A DNA stretch of 64,000 nucleotides from an uncultured Nitrospiraceae bacterium (GTDB lineage Bacteria; Nitrospirota; Thermodesulfovibrionia; Thermodesulfovibrionales; UBA6898). Both the position numbers and the translations under genes were made by a program. The notes under the pieces are model-generated. The model did no database searches. It was not told where the DNA came from and saw nothing but the letters and a program-made list of their open reading frames with translations. The stretch covers positions 576,001 through 640,000 of the forward strand of contig CAWEQH010000010.1 in the NCBI GenBank assembly GCA_963811165.1, given 5' to 3'. This document shows positions 47,553 to 57,461 of this stretch, in pieces. Each line of letters starts with the position of its first letter. Positions within the stretch are counted from its first letter, which is position 1.

Positions 47553-48722
47553 CTACCCTTCCTTAAGCGCCAGATGCGCAATCAAAAGCCTGAGCATGTC
47601 CGAAGTGCCTTCCCCTATCGTAAGGAGCCTGGCGTCCCGCCAGTGCCTGTGGATATCGTACGTGTCCGTGTACCCATACCCGCCGTGTATCTGTATCGCA
47701 TGATCGCAGGCATTTATGGCCGCCTCGGAAGAAAAAAGTTTTGCCTGAGCGGCCTCACGCGCAATGTCCCCGCCTTTTTCTTTCATGAAGGCGGCGTGGC
47801 AGGTGAGAAGCCTTGCGGCGCTAATCCCGGTTGCCATGTCCGACAATTTTCCCTGAACAAGCTGAAAGTGTGAGATGCTTTCACCAAAGGCCTTCCTTTT
47901 TTTAGTATACATAAGCGCCTTCTCGAATGCCGCCTGGGCAATGCCCACGCCTATCGCGGCAATAGTCATCCTTCCGCAATTGAGGATATGCTTTGCGTAT
48001 TCGAGTCCCCTGCCCTCTTCCCCGAGCAGGTCTTCCCTTGCGATTTCGCACCCCTCAAGATGAAGGGCGGCCAACTGGTTTCCCCTGAATCCTAACTTGG
48101 GGATCGTCCTCATTACGTTGAAGCCCCGTGACCGGGCAGATACTAAAAAGGCCGATATCCCTTTATCGGTCCTCGCAAATACCAGGGCAAAATCCGATTC
48201 ACCGGCGTTCGTTATCATCATCTTGCTGCCGCTGAGGACATATCTGTCTCCTGTAAGGACCGCCTTCGTCTGGATCGCCTTAGCGTCAGAGCCGCAGCAC
48301 GGCTCGGTGAGTGCAAAGGCTATGAGGCCCTTTCCCTCGACAAGCCCCTTCTCTTTGAGGAACCTCATCTTCTGCGCATCATCGCCAAAAAGCCGTATGC
48401 CCTCGCAGACCATCCCCTGTATGGAGACATGCAAGGCCGTGTTTGCACAAGCCTTCGCAAGCATTTCAAGCGCCGCAATATAGACAGGAAACGGCTTTCC
48501 TCTGCCGTGGTATTTTGTCGGAAAAGGGAGGGCAAAAATCCCCCGTTCCCCGGCCTTCGCGAGGTTTTTTCTCGGAAATATCTCCTCCTGATCGGTCCGC
48601 TTCGCATCCGGCAGGATTTCCTTTTCACAGAAATCACCTATCGACTCAAGCAGCCGGTGGTAATCCCCTGCGCCGGCATAAAGCATTTCGATGGTATCCC
48701 TCTGCTCCTTTATATAAAACAT
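47553..48722 (-). CDS. Acyl-CoA dehydrogenase
   Basis: FALTEPCCGSDA, GSKMMITNA, GR..IAA..VGIAQAA, AIQIHGGYGY, RDARLLTIGEGTS. Confidence 0.9.
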   Translation of the reverse strand: MFYIKEQRDTIEMLYAGAGDYHRLLESIGDFCEKEILPDAKRTDQEEIFPRKNLAKAGERGIFALPFPTKYHGRGKPFPVYIAALEMLAKACANTALHVSIQGMVCEGIRLFGDDAQKMRFLKEKGLVEGKGLIAFALTEPCCGSDAKAIQTKAVLTGDRYVLSGSKMMITNAGESDFALVFARTDKGISAFLVSARSRGFNVMRTIPKLGFRGNQLAALHLEGCEIAREDLLGEEGRGLEYAKHILNCGRMTIAAIGVGIAQAAFEKALMYTKKRKAFGESISHFQLVQGKLSDMATGISAARLLTCHAAFMKEKGGDIAREAAQAKLFSSEAAINACDHAIQIHGGYGYTDTYDIHRHWRDARLLTIGEGTSDMLRLLIAHLALKEG

Positions 48723-48724
48723 CT

Positions 48725-49891
48725 CTATCGCTCCACGATCATCGCCAGGGCGTTTCCGCCGCCCAGGCACAGAGTTGCAAGTCCTCTTTTTAGGCCCCTG
48801 TATTTCAAGGCATAGAGGAGCGTGACAAGTATCCTTGCGCCGCTGCACCCTATGGGATGCCCCATCGCAACCGCGCCGCCGTTGACATTCATCTTTTCCC
48901 GCGGGATACCGAGTTCTCTTTCCACAACGATCGAGGCGGGGGAATACGCCTCGTTGTGTTCGACGAGGTCGATGTCGGAGATTGCAAAGGCCGTCTTTTG
49001 AAGCAATTTTCTCACCGTAGGAATCGGCGCTTCCATCACGTCCTCGGGCCTCGTCCCGCCGATCGCATAATCGATTATTCCGGCGAGCGGGGTGATACCA
49101 AGGTCCCGCGCCTTCCTTGCGGACATAACGACAACCGCGGCGGCGCCGTCGCTCAGCTTCGAACAATTTCCCGCGGTAAGGATGCCGTCTTTCTTGAATA
49201 CCGGTGCAAGTGCGGCAAGCCTTTCGGGTGTCGTGTCCCCTCTGACGCATTCGTCCTTGTCGACAAAAAAACCCTGTACCTCAACCGGGATGATCTCCTC
49301 CCCAAACCTTCCCTCTTTTGCCGCCTCAAAGGCCCTCTGATTACTCAGGAGGCTGAATTCATCCGCCTCCCTTCTCGTTATTCCGTATTTCATGGCGACC
49401 CTCTCGCCCGTCATCGCCATATGAAAATCATTATAGACATCCCATAGCCCGTCGTGAAGCATCGCGTCGACGGCGGATGTATGCCCTAACCTCGCGCCCC
49501 ACCTCAGGCTCCTTATCACAAATGGGGAGGCACTCATGTTCTCCATTCCTCCAGCAACGATCACATCCGCATCTCCGGCCTTAACCGCCTGGGCGGCCAG
49601 CATTACCGACTTCAGCCCGGAGCCGCAGACCTTATTCACCGTAAAGGACCCTATCTCTACCGGAAGCCCCGCGAATATCGCCGCCTGCCTCGCAGGGTTC
49701 TGTCCAAGGCCTGCGGATATTACGTTTCCCATTATCACTTCGTCGACTTCCCCAGTGCCTATACCGGCCCTTTTGAGCGCCTCTTGGATGACAACCGCTC
49801 CCAGACGCGGAGCAGGCACGTCCTTAAACCCCCGGCCAAACCTGCCGATGGCTGTCCTCGCCCCACTTGCGATAACGACTTCTTCAGCCAT
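48725..49891 (-). CDS. Acetyl-CoA acetyltransferase (thiolase)
   Basis: GQNPARQA, NKVCGSGL, EHNEAY, GHPIGCSG, CLGGG. Confidence 0.93.
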   Translation of the reverse strand: MAEEVVIASGARTAIGRFGRGFKDVPAPRLGAVVIQEALKRAGIGTGEVDEVIMGNVISAGLGQNPARQAAIFAGLPVEIGSFTVNKVCGSGLKSVMLAAQAVKAGDADVIVAGGMENMSASPFVIRSLRWGARLGHTSAVDAMLHDGLWDVYNDFHMAMTGERVAMKYGITRREADEFSLLSNQRAFEAAKEGRFGEEIIPVEVQGFFVDKDECVRGDTTPERLAALAPVFKKDGILTAGNCSKLSDGAAAVVVMSARKARDLGITPLAGIIDYAIGGTRPEDVMEAPIPTVRKLLQKTAFAISDIDLVEHNEAYSPASIVVERELGIPREKMNVNGGAVAMGHPIGCSGARILVTLLYALKYRGLKRGLATLCLGGGNALAMIVER

Positions 49892-50005
49892 GTCCTCCCC
49901 CTAAAAATATTCTTTTTTCCGTGATATAGTGTTATCAGTCAAAGTATATCAGGATTTTTGAGGCTTTCCAGCCTGATGATTCCTCATGAGAGATTGCATC
50001 CGGCC

Positions 50006-50139
50006 GGAGGGAGTGTGTGGTGTCAGAGCGGGTTCTTTTTCCCCGATGAATATCGTGAGAAAAGCCCTCGGAGGTCCGTCTTGGACCGACCTGCCTGCCG
50101 GTAGGCAGGGAATGAACGACGACACTAGGCTCTCCCTCC
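50006..50139 (+). repeat. Structured dispersed repeat, copy B, carrying a 20-bp palindromic insertion (50090-50109)
   Basis: Same core as copy A with different closing and third stems; CCTGCCTGCCGGTAGGCAGG inserted in CGA^G. Confidence 0.7.
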
Positions 50140-50175
50140 TGAAAACAGTATAGATACGCAAACATTAGTAACGGG

Positions 50176-51384
50176 GTGAACGAGATGGATTTCGCATTTT
50201 CAGAAGAAGAGGAGCTTTTCAGACGGTCCATCAGAGATTTCTGTGACGAAAAGATCGCACCGCTCAGCCGCCAGATCGATGAAGGGGCATCGATCCCTCC
50301 TGAGATCATCAGTGCGATGGCCGGCGCCGGCCTGCTGGGGATAACGGTCTCTCCCAAATACGGCGGCCCTGCCGCAAATTTTATGAAGGCGGCGATTGCG
50401 GCCGAAGAGATCGCCAGGGCGGACACGAGCATGGCCCTCGCCGTCTACTATCTCGTTGAGGCGGGATGGGGATTTCTCCTTGAAAGGTACGGGACGGAAA
50501 GGGGAAAAGAAGAGATCCTTCCAGGCGTTGTAAAAGGGAGGACCTTCCTCGGCATTGCGTCGACCGAGGCCACCGGCGGCTCTGACATCGCCTCCACGTC
50601 TACGTCTATGCTCAGGAAAGAGGGCAAGCTTATCGTAAACGGCACAAAGACTTTCATAAGCGGGGTGCGGGAGGCCGCCGAATATGGAGGAGGTTTTGTG
50701 ACGATCGTAAAGACAGGTCCTTCCTCGGGGCATGGAGGCCTTTCGCTTTGCTACCTCCCGATAAAAAACACTCCGGGAGTTACCGTCAGCGCTTCGCGGC
50801 AGATGGGCCGGGAGGGTATATCAAACGGTTTCATTAAGATCAGTGACGCCTCGATACCAGAACATTATCTAATCGGCGAGTGGAACAAGGGGTTCTCCCA
50901 TGCGATGGAGGGTTTCAATTGTGCGCGCACGCTCGTCGCGGCCGCCTGCATGGGAGCTGCGGAAAAAACGCTGGAATCCGGGATCGATCATATAAAGCGA
51001 AGAAAGGTCTTCGGGATGCCGATAGGAAAGTTCGAGGGGATACAATTCCAGTTGGCGGAGGACTACGCAAGACTTGAGTCGGCAAAGATGCATGTGTACA
51101 AGGCCGCATGGATGCTCGACCGCTTTTACCGCGACAACAGGTTCAGTCATAGTGAGATAAACAAAGCGGTGGCGGTCGCGAAGCTGACGGCGCCGCCGAC
51201 CGCCTTCGAGATAATCAGGGACGTAATGGTGTGGCACGGCGCTTACGGCTATACAAAAGAGGCCGGCCTCGAAAAGGGCCTTCGGGGGGTGACCTCATAT
51301 CTGGTCGGGGCCGAAGGCACAATGAATATCATGAAGATCATTATCGGAAAGGAGTTGCTTGGGAAGGAATTCTGGCCGATATGA
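50176..51384 (+). CDS. Acyl-CoA dehydrogenase (divergent subfamily)
   Basis: MDFAFSEEEELFR, IASTEATGGSD, NGTKTFISG, FEGIQFQLA, WHGAYGY, VGAEGTMNIM. Confidence 0.88.
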   Translation: MNEMDFAFSEEEELFRRSIRDFCDEKIAPLSRQIDEGASIPPEIISAMAGAGLLGITVSPKYGGPAANFMKAAIAAEEIARADTSMALAVYYLVEAGWGFLLERYGTERGKEEILPGVVKGRTFLGIASTEATGGSDIASTSTSMLRKEGKLIVNGTKTFISGVREAAEYGGGFVTIVKTGPSSGHGGLSLCYLPIKNTPGVTVSASRQMGREGISNGFIKISDASIPEHYLIGEWNKGFSHAMEGFNCARTLVAAACMGAAEKTLESGIDHIKRRKVFGMPIGKFEGIQFQLAEDYARLESAKMHVYKAAWMLDRFYRDNRFSHSEINKAVAVAKLTAPPTAFEIIRDVMVWHGAYGYTKEAGLEKGLRGVTSYLVGAEGTMNIMKIIIGKELLGKEFWPI

Positions 51385-51403
51385 TATTTGGCCCGGGAAC
51401 TGC

Positions 51404-52897
51404 TCACTTCTTTGCTTCCCCCGTTGCCGGCAAAGTGAAATAAAACGCGGCCCCTTCCCCGACCTTCCCCTCGGCCCATAGGCGGCCGCCGTGACGTGTG
51501 ATAATGCGATGTACTATCGAAAGCCCTATGCCCGTCCCTTCGAAATCATGCGGACTGTGGGCACGCTGAAATACATCGAATAGCTTTTCTGCAAGTTTCA
51601 TGTCGAACCCAACGCCGTTGTCTTTTACGCAATATTCGACCCATTCCCCTTCGCTTCTGCTTTGGACCTCTATCAGGGCCTTTTCTTTCGGCCGTGTGAA
51701 CTTCATCGCATTGGAAAGAAGGTTTACGATGACCTGCCTTATCAGGACACGGTCGACATATACGCGGAGAAGTCGCGTCATTTTCAACTCCACAATGCGC
51801 CCACGGGTCCCGGCCTTGAGCTCCTCGAACACGGCCTCCACCAGACCCCCCATGTCCACTTCTTCGAACTTCATCGCTTGGCGGCCAAATCGCGAGAAGG
51901 CGAGAAGGTCATTTATGAGGTCCTCCATCTTCCCTACGTTCGTCTGTATTGACTCCAGCATCTCCCTTCCCCTTGTGTCGAGGACGCCGGAATAATTCTT
52001 TATAAGTCTCCCGGCAAAACCACCTATCGTAATAAGCGGCGCCCTAAGGTCATGGGAAACAGAATGGCCGAAGGCGTCAAGTTCTTTGTTCGCCCCTATG
52101 AGCTCCTTCACCCGCTGTTGAAGTTCCATGTTGAGTTTTTTTATCTCCTCCCCGGCGCGCTTCCGCTCGGTGATGTCCCGCGTGATGTTGATGACGCAGG
52201 TCTCACCATCGAGTTCTATCAATTCGGCGGACCTTAGAAATATGCGGACCTCCCCGGACTTCAGACGAAACTTCGCTTCGTGGTTTCTCAGCTCTCTCTT
52301 TTCGCGCATCAACTCGACCACCCGTCTTCTTTCCCCCGGATCGACCCAGAGGCCGAGTTCGGCCGATGTCTTGCCGATGACCTCGTTGCGGGAATATCCG
52401 GTGATCTTAAGGAATGCATCGTTCACTTCGATAAGACGGCCGTCTTCAAGCGCGCTTATCGCGATCCAGTCAGGGCTCGATCTGAAGATCTTCGAAAACT
52501 TCTCCTCTGACCGGCGTAACGACTCTTCTGCCTTCTTGTAGGCGGTAACGTCCCTTATGATGCCCTGATATCCGATTATCCCCCCTTCGGACGACCTTCT
52601 CGCTGTCGAGGTGATGATGCAGATTATTCTGGTCCCGTCTTTTCTCAGAAGCGGTACCTCAAAATCCTTCACGGCGCCGGTGGCTTCTATCTCACGCTGG
52701 AACCTCTCCCGATCATACGGGGCCGCATAGAGCGCGCGAATATCCATCCCCATTATTTCTTCGCGCGGATAGCCGAAAAGCTCGACCCCGGCTTTGTTGA
52801 TAGAAAGGATATTACCTTCAAAAGAGGATACATAAACCGCGTCCATCGAATCCTCGAAGAGATCGCGGTAACAGGTATCTCCGAACTGCTCCTGCAT
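51404..52897 (-). CDS. PAS-domain sensor histidine kinase
   Basis: Two PAS domains, SVSHDLRAPL, NLLSNAMKFT, DNGVGF, GTGIGL. Confidence 0.92.
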   Translation of the reverse strand: MQEQFGDTCYRDLFEDSMDAVYVSSFEGNILSINKAGVELFGYPREEIMGMDIRALYAAPYDRERFQREIEATGAVKDFEVPLLRKDGTRIICIITSTARRSSEGGIIGYQGIIRDVTAYKKAEESLRRSEEKFSKIFRSSPDWIAISALEDGRLIEVNDAFLKITGYSRNEVIGKTSAELGLWVDPGERRRVVELMREKRELRNHEAKFRLKSGEVRIFLRSAELIELDGETCVINITRDITERKRAGEEIKKLNMELQQRVKELIGANKELDAFGHSVSHDLRAPLITIGGFAGRLIKNYSGVLDTRGREMLESIQTNVGKMEDLINDLLAFSRFGRQAMKFEEVDMGGLVEAVFEELKAGTRGRIVELKMTRLLRVYVDRVLIRQVIVNLLSNAMKFTRPKEKALIEVQSRSEGEWVEYCVKDNGVGFDMKLAEKLFDVFQRAHSPHDFEGTGIGLSIVHRIITRHGGRLWAEGKVGEGAAFYFTLPATGEAKK

Positions 52898-52911
52898 GCC
52901 GTTAGTGCGGG

Positions 52912-53160
52912 CTAATACCCGTCGCTCTCTTCCTCCGGGACTGCCGGGGATGCCGTCTCTTCCTCTATCTCAGAGAGCGCCTTTTTCACCTCTTCCTCGG
53001 TGCTTCTCAACCGGCTCCTGCAAAACTTGACCAACTGCGCGGCCCTTTTGACCTTTTCCGAGAGGACATCAAGGTCGGCATCCTCCGACTCTATCTCGCT
53101 TATGATCTTTTCAAGCTCACTCAAGGCCCGGGAGTAAGATATCTGTTTGCCTTTGCTCAC
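52912..53160 (-). CDS. xseB: Exodeoxyribonuclease VII small subunit
   Basis: YSRALSELEKIISEIE...LD.LSEKVKRAAQLVKFCRSRL; follows xseA. Confidence 0.9.
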   Translation of the reverse strand: MSKGKQISYSRALSELEKIISEIESEDADLDVLSEKVKRAAQLVKFCRSRLRSTEEEVKKALSEIEEETASPAVPEEESDGY

Positions 53161-54424
53161 CTTTGACTGTCTCCTTTCTGTCCTGGACTATACTGGTGAC
53201 GTCCCCGTTTGAGAGTTGCGTCTCTATGACCGCCCACTTCTTAAGGGCCTCGGCGCTCTTGAGGACCTTACCCTTATGCCGCGTAATACTGTAGCCTCTC
53301 TTAAGCACATTCGCCGGATCGAGGTGCTTCAACGCCTGCTGCATCGCGCTTGTCCTGTGTTCCCCTTTCACAAGTAGCCGCAGCGCCCTGCTCTCAAGGT
53401 CACTCCGCACCGCCGCGAGTTTATTCTTATGGGCCGCCGCGATCCGAAGCGAAATATAAGATACGCTCTTCATAAGGGAATCGAATGTATGTCTCCCATC
53501 TTTCACCAACCTCTCGGCCTGTTTGCGGACCCGGTCGAGCACGTTCATGACATTCTCCTCGTAACTCCTCAGTCCCGATATCAGGAATTCGGCCACTGCC
53601 GTCGGCGTCTTTAATTTCGTATGTGCGACCATATCTACGACCGTATCATCCTTTTCATGTCCTATACCCGTGATTACAGGCAGGGGAAACCTGGCGGTCT
53701 GAGAAGCGAGTTCATAGCCGTCGAAGCAGTTGAGGTCTATGACCGACCCCCCTCCCCTTATGATTACGACTACGTCGAAGAGTCCCTTCTTTTTTCTTAT
53801 CTGATCAAGGGCAGAAATGATCGAGCTTTCGGCCTCCTGTCCCTGCATCATAGCGGGAAAAAGCATATGAGTGAACTTATAGCCGTAGAGGTTATTGTCG
53901 AGCTGTGTAAAAAAGTCGCCGTATCCCGCGGCCGTGGGAGACGAGATCACCGCGGCCCTCTGCGGAACAAGCGGCAGGGGCAACGACTTATTGAACTCCA
54001 TCACCCCCTCTTTCCTGAGGCGGTCGATGACCTCCTTCTTCTTCCTTGCCATTTCGCCCATCGTGTAGGCAGGATCGATGTCCCTGATGTTGAGGCTTAG
54101 CCCATAGACCTCGTGGAAAGTAACTTCAACCATCAGGAGCACCTTCATCCCGGCTTTCAGCGGCTCTTGAGCGGTCTTTTCGAATTTATTGCCGAGCTTC
54201 CTGTACTCGTAGGCCCATATCGTGGCCTTTATCTGGGCAGTGGTTTTTGTGTCCTCTTTCTCGACGAGTTCGAGATAACAGTGGCCCTTCTGGTTGCACT
54301 TAAGTTCGGCGATCTCCGCAGCCACCCAGCAGGCCCCGGGAAAGACATCGCTGATCGCGGACTTTATGACGGAATTCAGTTCAAAGAGGGTAAAATAGGT
54401 TCTTTCGGCAGACTTTTTCTCCAT
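53117..54424 (-). CDS. xseA: Exodeoxyribonuclease VII large subunit
   Basis: WVAAEI...GHCYLEL, IIRGGGS..DL.CF, TGIGHEKD, TPTAVAE, VLKRGYS. Confidence 0.95.
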   Translation of the reverse strand: MEKKSAERTYFTLFELNSVIKSAISDVFPGACWVAAEIAELKCNQKGHCYLELVEKEDTKTTAQIKATIWAYEYRKLGNKFEKTAQEPLKAGMKVLLMVEVTFHEVYGLSLNIRDIDPAYTMGEMARKKKEVIDRLRKEGVMEFNKSLPLPLVPQRAAVISSPTAAGYGDFFTQLDNNLYGYKFTHMLFPAMMQGQEAESSIISALDQIRKKKGLFDVVVIIRGGGSVIDLNCFDGYELASQTARFPLPVITGIGHEKDDTVVDMVAHTKLKTPTAVAEFLISGLRSYEENVMNVLDRVRKQAERLVKDGRHTFDSLMKSVSYISLRIAAAHKNKLAAVRSDLESRALRLLVKGEHRTSAMQQALKHLDPANVLKRGYSITRHKGKVLKSAEALKKWAVIETQLSNGDVTSIVQDRKETVKGEQRQTDILLPGLE

Positions 54425-54488
54425 CTGTCTCCAATTATACCCGAAATTAGTTTGCGTTTTTCAAAAAGTCGTATAAGATATTCGCATT

Positions 54489-55274
54489 ATGGTTTTTCCG
54501 GTTAAGAAATTGCGCTCTATCTGTTTCTCACTCCTGTGCGCGTCAGTCGTGCTCGCAGCTTCTCAATCCGCGGGAAGCGATGGCGCGGTCTCCGGCAGAG
54601 ACGGCGCAAAGATGGTCCTTGTGCCGGAAGGCGAGTTCACCATGGGACTGAAAAAAAGCGAACCGCTGAGCGAAAAAAACCCGTTAAAGAAAGTCTATCT
54701 CAAGTCATTTTATATTGACCTGTATGAGGTCACGAACGTCCTTTATCACGGTTGCGTGAATGCCGGAGGTTGCAGTGACCCCTCCTGGAACACCGATTAT
54801 CCCGCTACGGTCCATGAAGAGGGCAAGAGATGGTATACCGCAAAGGAGATGGCCGACTATCCGGTAGTGGGGCTGACCTGGAGGCAGTCGGTTGAATACT
54901 GCAGATGGGCGGGAAAGAGATTGCCTTCGAATGCCGAATGGGAAAAGGCGGCGCGCGGTACAGACGGCCGGATGTATCCGTGGGGAGACGAATGGGACGG
55001 CAAAAAGGCCAACTGGGATGAAGGCGGGAAGATCGACGGCTTCAAAAAAATTGCGCCTGTCGGGAGCTTCCCGGAAGGAAGATCACCATATGGCGTAATG
55101 GACATGGCGGGCAACGTGAGGGAATGGACCGACGATCTCGTCCTTAAAGGAGGTTCATGGTATAGCCGGCCCTTAAGCCTTCGCGCGGGCGACCCGGGGC
55201 ACGAATATATTGTTGAACGGGATGACGACATGGGCTTCAGATGCGCAATGGACGCGGAACAGACCCGAAGGTAA
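54489..55274 (+). CDS. FGE-sulfatase (SUMF1) domain exported protein
   Basis: YEVTN..Y, PVVGLTW, GKRLPSNAEWEKAARG, DMAGNVREW, GFRCA. Confidence 0.88.
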   Translation: MVFPVKKLRSICFSLLCASVVLAASQSAGSDGAVSGRDGAKMVLVPEGEFTMGLKKSEPLSEKNPLKKVYLKSFYIDLYEVTNVLYHGCVNAGGCSDPSWNTDYPATVHEEGKRWYTAKEMADYPVVGLTWRQSVEYCRWAGKRLPSNAEWEKAARGTDGRMYPWGDEWDGKKANWDEGGKIDGFKKIAPVGSFPEGRSPYGVMDMAGNVREWTDDLVLKGGSWYSRPLSLRAGDPGHEYIVERDDDMGFRCAMDAEQTRR

Positions 55275-55366
55275 AATTTTCCTTGCTCCGGAGGAAAAAG
55301 TTTCAGTGAGTTCAAGAAGAGGGAGAAGCCCTGCTTCTTCTCCCTCTTCTCAGTCATTTCTTTTTT

Positions 55367-55885
55367 TTAATGCGCCTTTTTTCCGTGAAAGCGGGGATGC
55401 TTTCTCAGGTTTGTTTTAAATTTCTGCCGCTGCTCAGGAGTCAATGTTGCTTTGATCTCCTCCATCGCTTTGATGCGGGACATGTGGAGATCTGTTCTTA
55501 GAGATTCCATCTGTTTGAGTTTGGCCTCAACAGCACCCATATCAACCGGGTCCTTATCAAGGACCTCCCTGAGTTCTATCCTTGCGATCTTGATGTCCGC
55601 CGCTTTTCTAATCGCGTCTTTCCGTGCGTTGTTCCTTATGTCTTTGATAGTCTTTTTCTGGTTTTCATCGAGGCCCAGATCGGAAAGAGCCTTCCATATG
55701 CGGCGATCGGCCTTCATCATCCACATCCCGTGATGCCCCATCTGTCCCATCATGGGCATGCCTTCTTCATGCCAGGCCTTCTCACCCTTTACGCCCCCGC
55801 ACCCCTTCGCGGCATATGAATGGCCTGACGTAAAACCAATTAACAATAAGCCCAACAACATCCCAACCACAACTCTTTTCATCAC
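55367..55885 (-). CDS. Spy/CpxP-like periplasmic protein
   Basis: Signal peptide, Met/His-rich segment, LGLDENQ...LTPEQR motifs. Confidence 0.8.
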   Translation of the reverse strand: MMKRVVVGMLLGLLLIGFTSGHSYAAKGCGGVKGEKAWHEEGMPMMGQMGHHGMWMMKADRRIWKALSDLGLDENQKKTIKDIRNNARKDAIRKAADIKIARIELREVLDKDPVDMGAVEAKLKQMESLRTDLHMSRIKAMEEIKATLTPEQRQKFKTNLRKHPRFHGKKAH

Positions 55886-55965
55886 AACCTCCGTTTACTT
55901 TTATTAGGGCCGACATCCCGAAACGCGTTCCCGCGTCGGTAACTATGAGGCTCCTTACCCCTAGA

Positions 55966-55992
55966 GACGATTTCGTCAAAGATATGGTTACA
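55966..55992 (-). promoter_or_regulatory. ECF-sigma-type promoter upstream of the Spy/CpxP-like gene
   Basis: Minus strand TGTAAC-17 nt-CGTC (AAC/CGT pattern), next to an ECF sigma operon. Confidence 0.6.
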
Positions 55993-56169
55993 GAAAAGAA
56001 ATGCGCAACGGTACGGGATTTTATTTAGCGGTATGAATGATTATTAATGAGGGCAAGGCAAAGTGCTGATGCCGAAATTTTCGTGAGAAATCAGAATAAT
56101 GATTCCTGATGCCGTCCGGTCCCCAAAGGGCAGAAGCCGGACATCATGGCGTCACAGATCTTATGCATG

Positions 56170-56574
56170 TCATCTCTCTTTTTCCTCGTTCTCATGTCTC
56201 TTCCTGCGTTCCAAAATGATCTGGTCGTATTTCTCCAACTGGTCCGGTCTGAGGATCTGCCGTATTTTGGCCTGAGACCTGGAGAGGACCTCTTCGATCT
56301 CCGGCCTGATCTTCTTGCGAACGGCCTTCATTTCAGCATGGGTCTCCCTTGCTATTGCCCGTATCTGCTGCAGCTGGGCATCGTCAAGATGAAGTTTGCT
56401 GTTTAACCTCTGGATCATGAACTCCCTCATCGCCTTTGGTTCATCCCTGATTATGTTTTCCATTTTCTGCCGGTATATGGTGTGAGTAACGATGGCGCCC
56501 GACAATGCACCGAGCACAAAAACCAGGAGCACGCTAATAATCGTTTTCCATTGTTTCATCTCATTCACCCGCAA
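56170..56574 (-). CDS. Membrane-anchored periplasmic helical protein of the ECF operon
   Basis: TM helix, then L.L...Q...I...LRPDQ repeat. Confidence 0.65.
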   Translation of the reverse strand: MRVNEMKQWKTIISVLLVFVLGALSGAIVTHTIYRQKMENIIRDEPKAMREFMIQRLNSKLHLDDAQLQQIRAIARETHAEMKAVRKKIRPEIEEVLSRSQAKIRQILRPDQLEKYDQIILERRKRHENEEKER

Positions 56575-56872
56575 GATACGTCACAATCACCGCATCATCA
56601 TTGCCGATGCCCGCACCCGAAATCATATCACCGGCATGCGGGGGCTCAAAAGAGGAAATCCATAGAGCCAGGCATATTACTATCGAGACAAAAAAAGGCA
56701 TCAGCCTCCAGGCCCATAACAGAAACAAACTGTTTTCCCTGCGCTTTTCCAGAATCCTGGCAATAACTCTCGTCTCAAAGCCGTACTCTCTTTTTTCTTT
56801 ATAAAGCTCGGCCTTTCGGGCGGCAGCAAACAAGTCGTCAAGGTTATCGTCTTTCGGATCGGCCCTCATCAC
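56561..56872 (-). CDS. Putative anti-sigma factor
   Basis: LDDLFAAAR...GFETRV.ARI plus one TM helix; directly after the ECF sigma gene. Confidence 0.6.
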   Translation of the reverse strand: MMRADPKDDNLDDLFAAARKAELYKEKREYGFETRVIARILEKRRENSLFLLWAWRLMPFFVSIVICLALWISSFEPPHAGDMISGAGIGNDDAVIVTYLAGE

Positions 56873-57461
56873 TGTCCTCCAATATTTTTTTGAGTTCTTT
56901 TCTTGCTCTGAATGCCCGCACTTTCACCTTCGCCTCACTCCATCCTGTCAGCGCTGATACTTCACGTACTGATTTTTCTTCCAGGTTAAGCAAGGTAATT
57001 ACCAGACGGTCCTCCGGACGAAGCCCCGTCATTGCACGCCGCAGTATGTCCCAGGCCTCGCTGCTTCGCCTTTCCTGAGTTTCGGGGCTGCTCAGCGAAA
57101 ATTCAACCGTCTCAAGCGGGACCTTATCGGCATCCCGCTGCCTTTTCCTAAGCATGTCATAGCATGCGTTGACGGCCAGCTTTGACAGCCAGTGTTCCAG
57201 GGGGGCCTCTCCCCGATACTTGTGTAAGCCCTGATACATCTTGACAAATATCTCCTGGCTGATATCGTCCAATTCATCTTCGTTCCTTGCAAATTTTGCC
57301 ACAATCGAAAAAATTTTTCGCTTATGCCGCCTGACCAGTTCAGTGAATGCCTCATCGTCGCCCGAAAGGACCGCTTTTATAAGACGCCCGTCGCCCGATG
57401 TTTCTTCCGCGTCAATCATCTCACCCAAATCCGCCGCCTCTTTTTCTTGGTCCGATATCAT
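56844..57461 (-). CDS. ECF RNA polymerase sigma factor
   Basis: GDDEAFTELVRRH, DDISQEIF, WLSKLAVNACYD, SVREVS..TGWS..KVKVRAFRAR. Confidence 0.9.
   Translation of the reverse strand: MISDQEKEAADLGEMIDAEETSGDGRLIKAVLSGDDEAFTELVRRHKRKIFSIVAKFARNEDELDDISQEIFVKMYQGLHKYRGEAPLEHWLSKLAVNACYDMLRKRQRDADKVPLETVEFSLSSPETQERRSSEAWDILRRAMTGLRPEDRLVITLLNLEEKSVREVSALTGWSEAKVKVRAFRARKELKKILEDSDEGRSERR

Noticed and set aside
47553..49250. 565-aa extended acyl-CoA dehydrogenase from the ORF track
   Set aside because: The extension overlaps the thiolase in another frame; the likely start is ATG at 48722.
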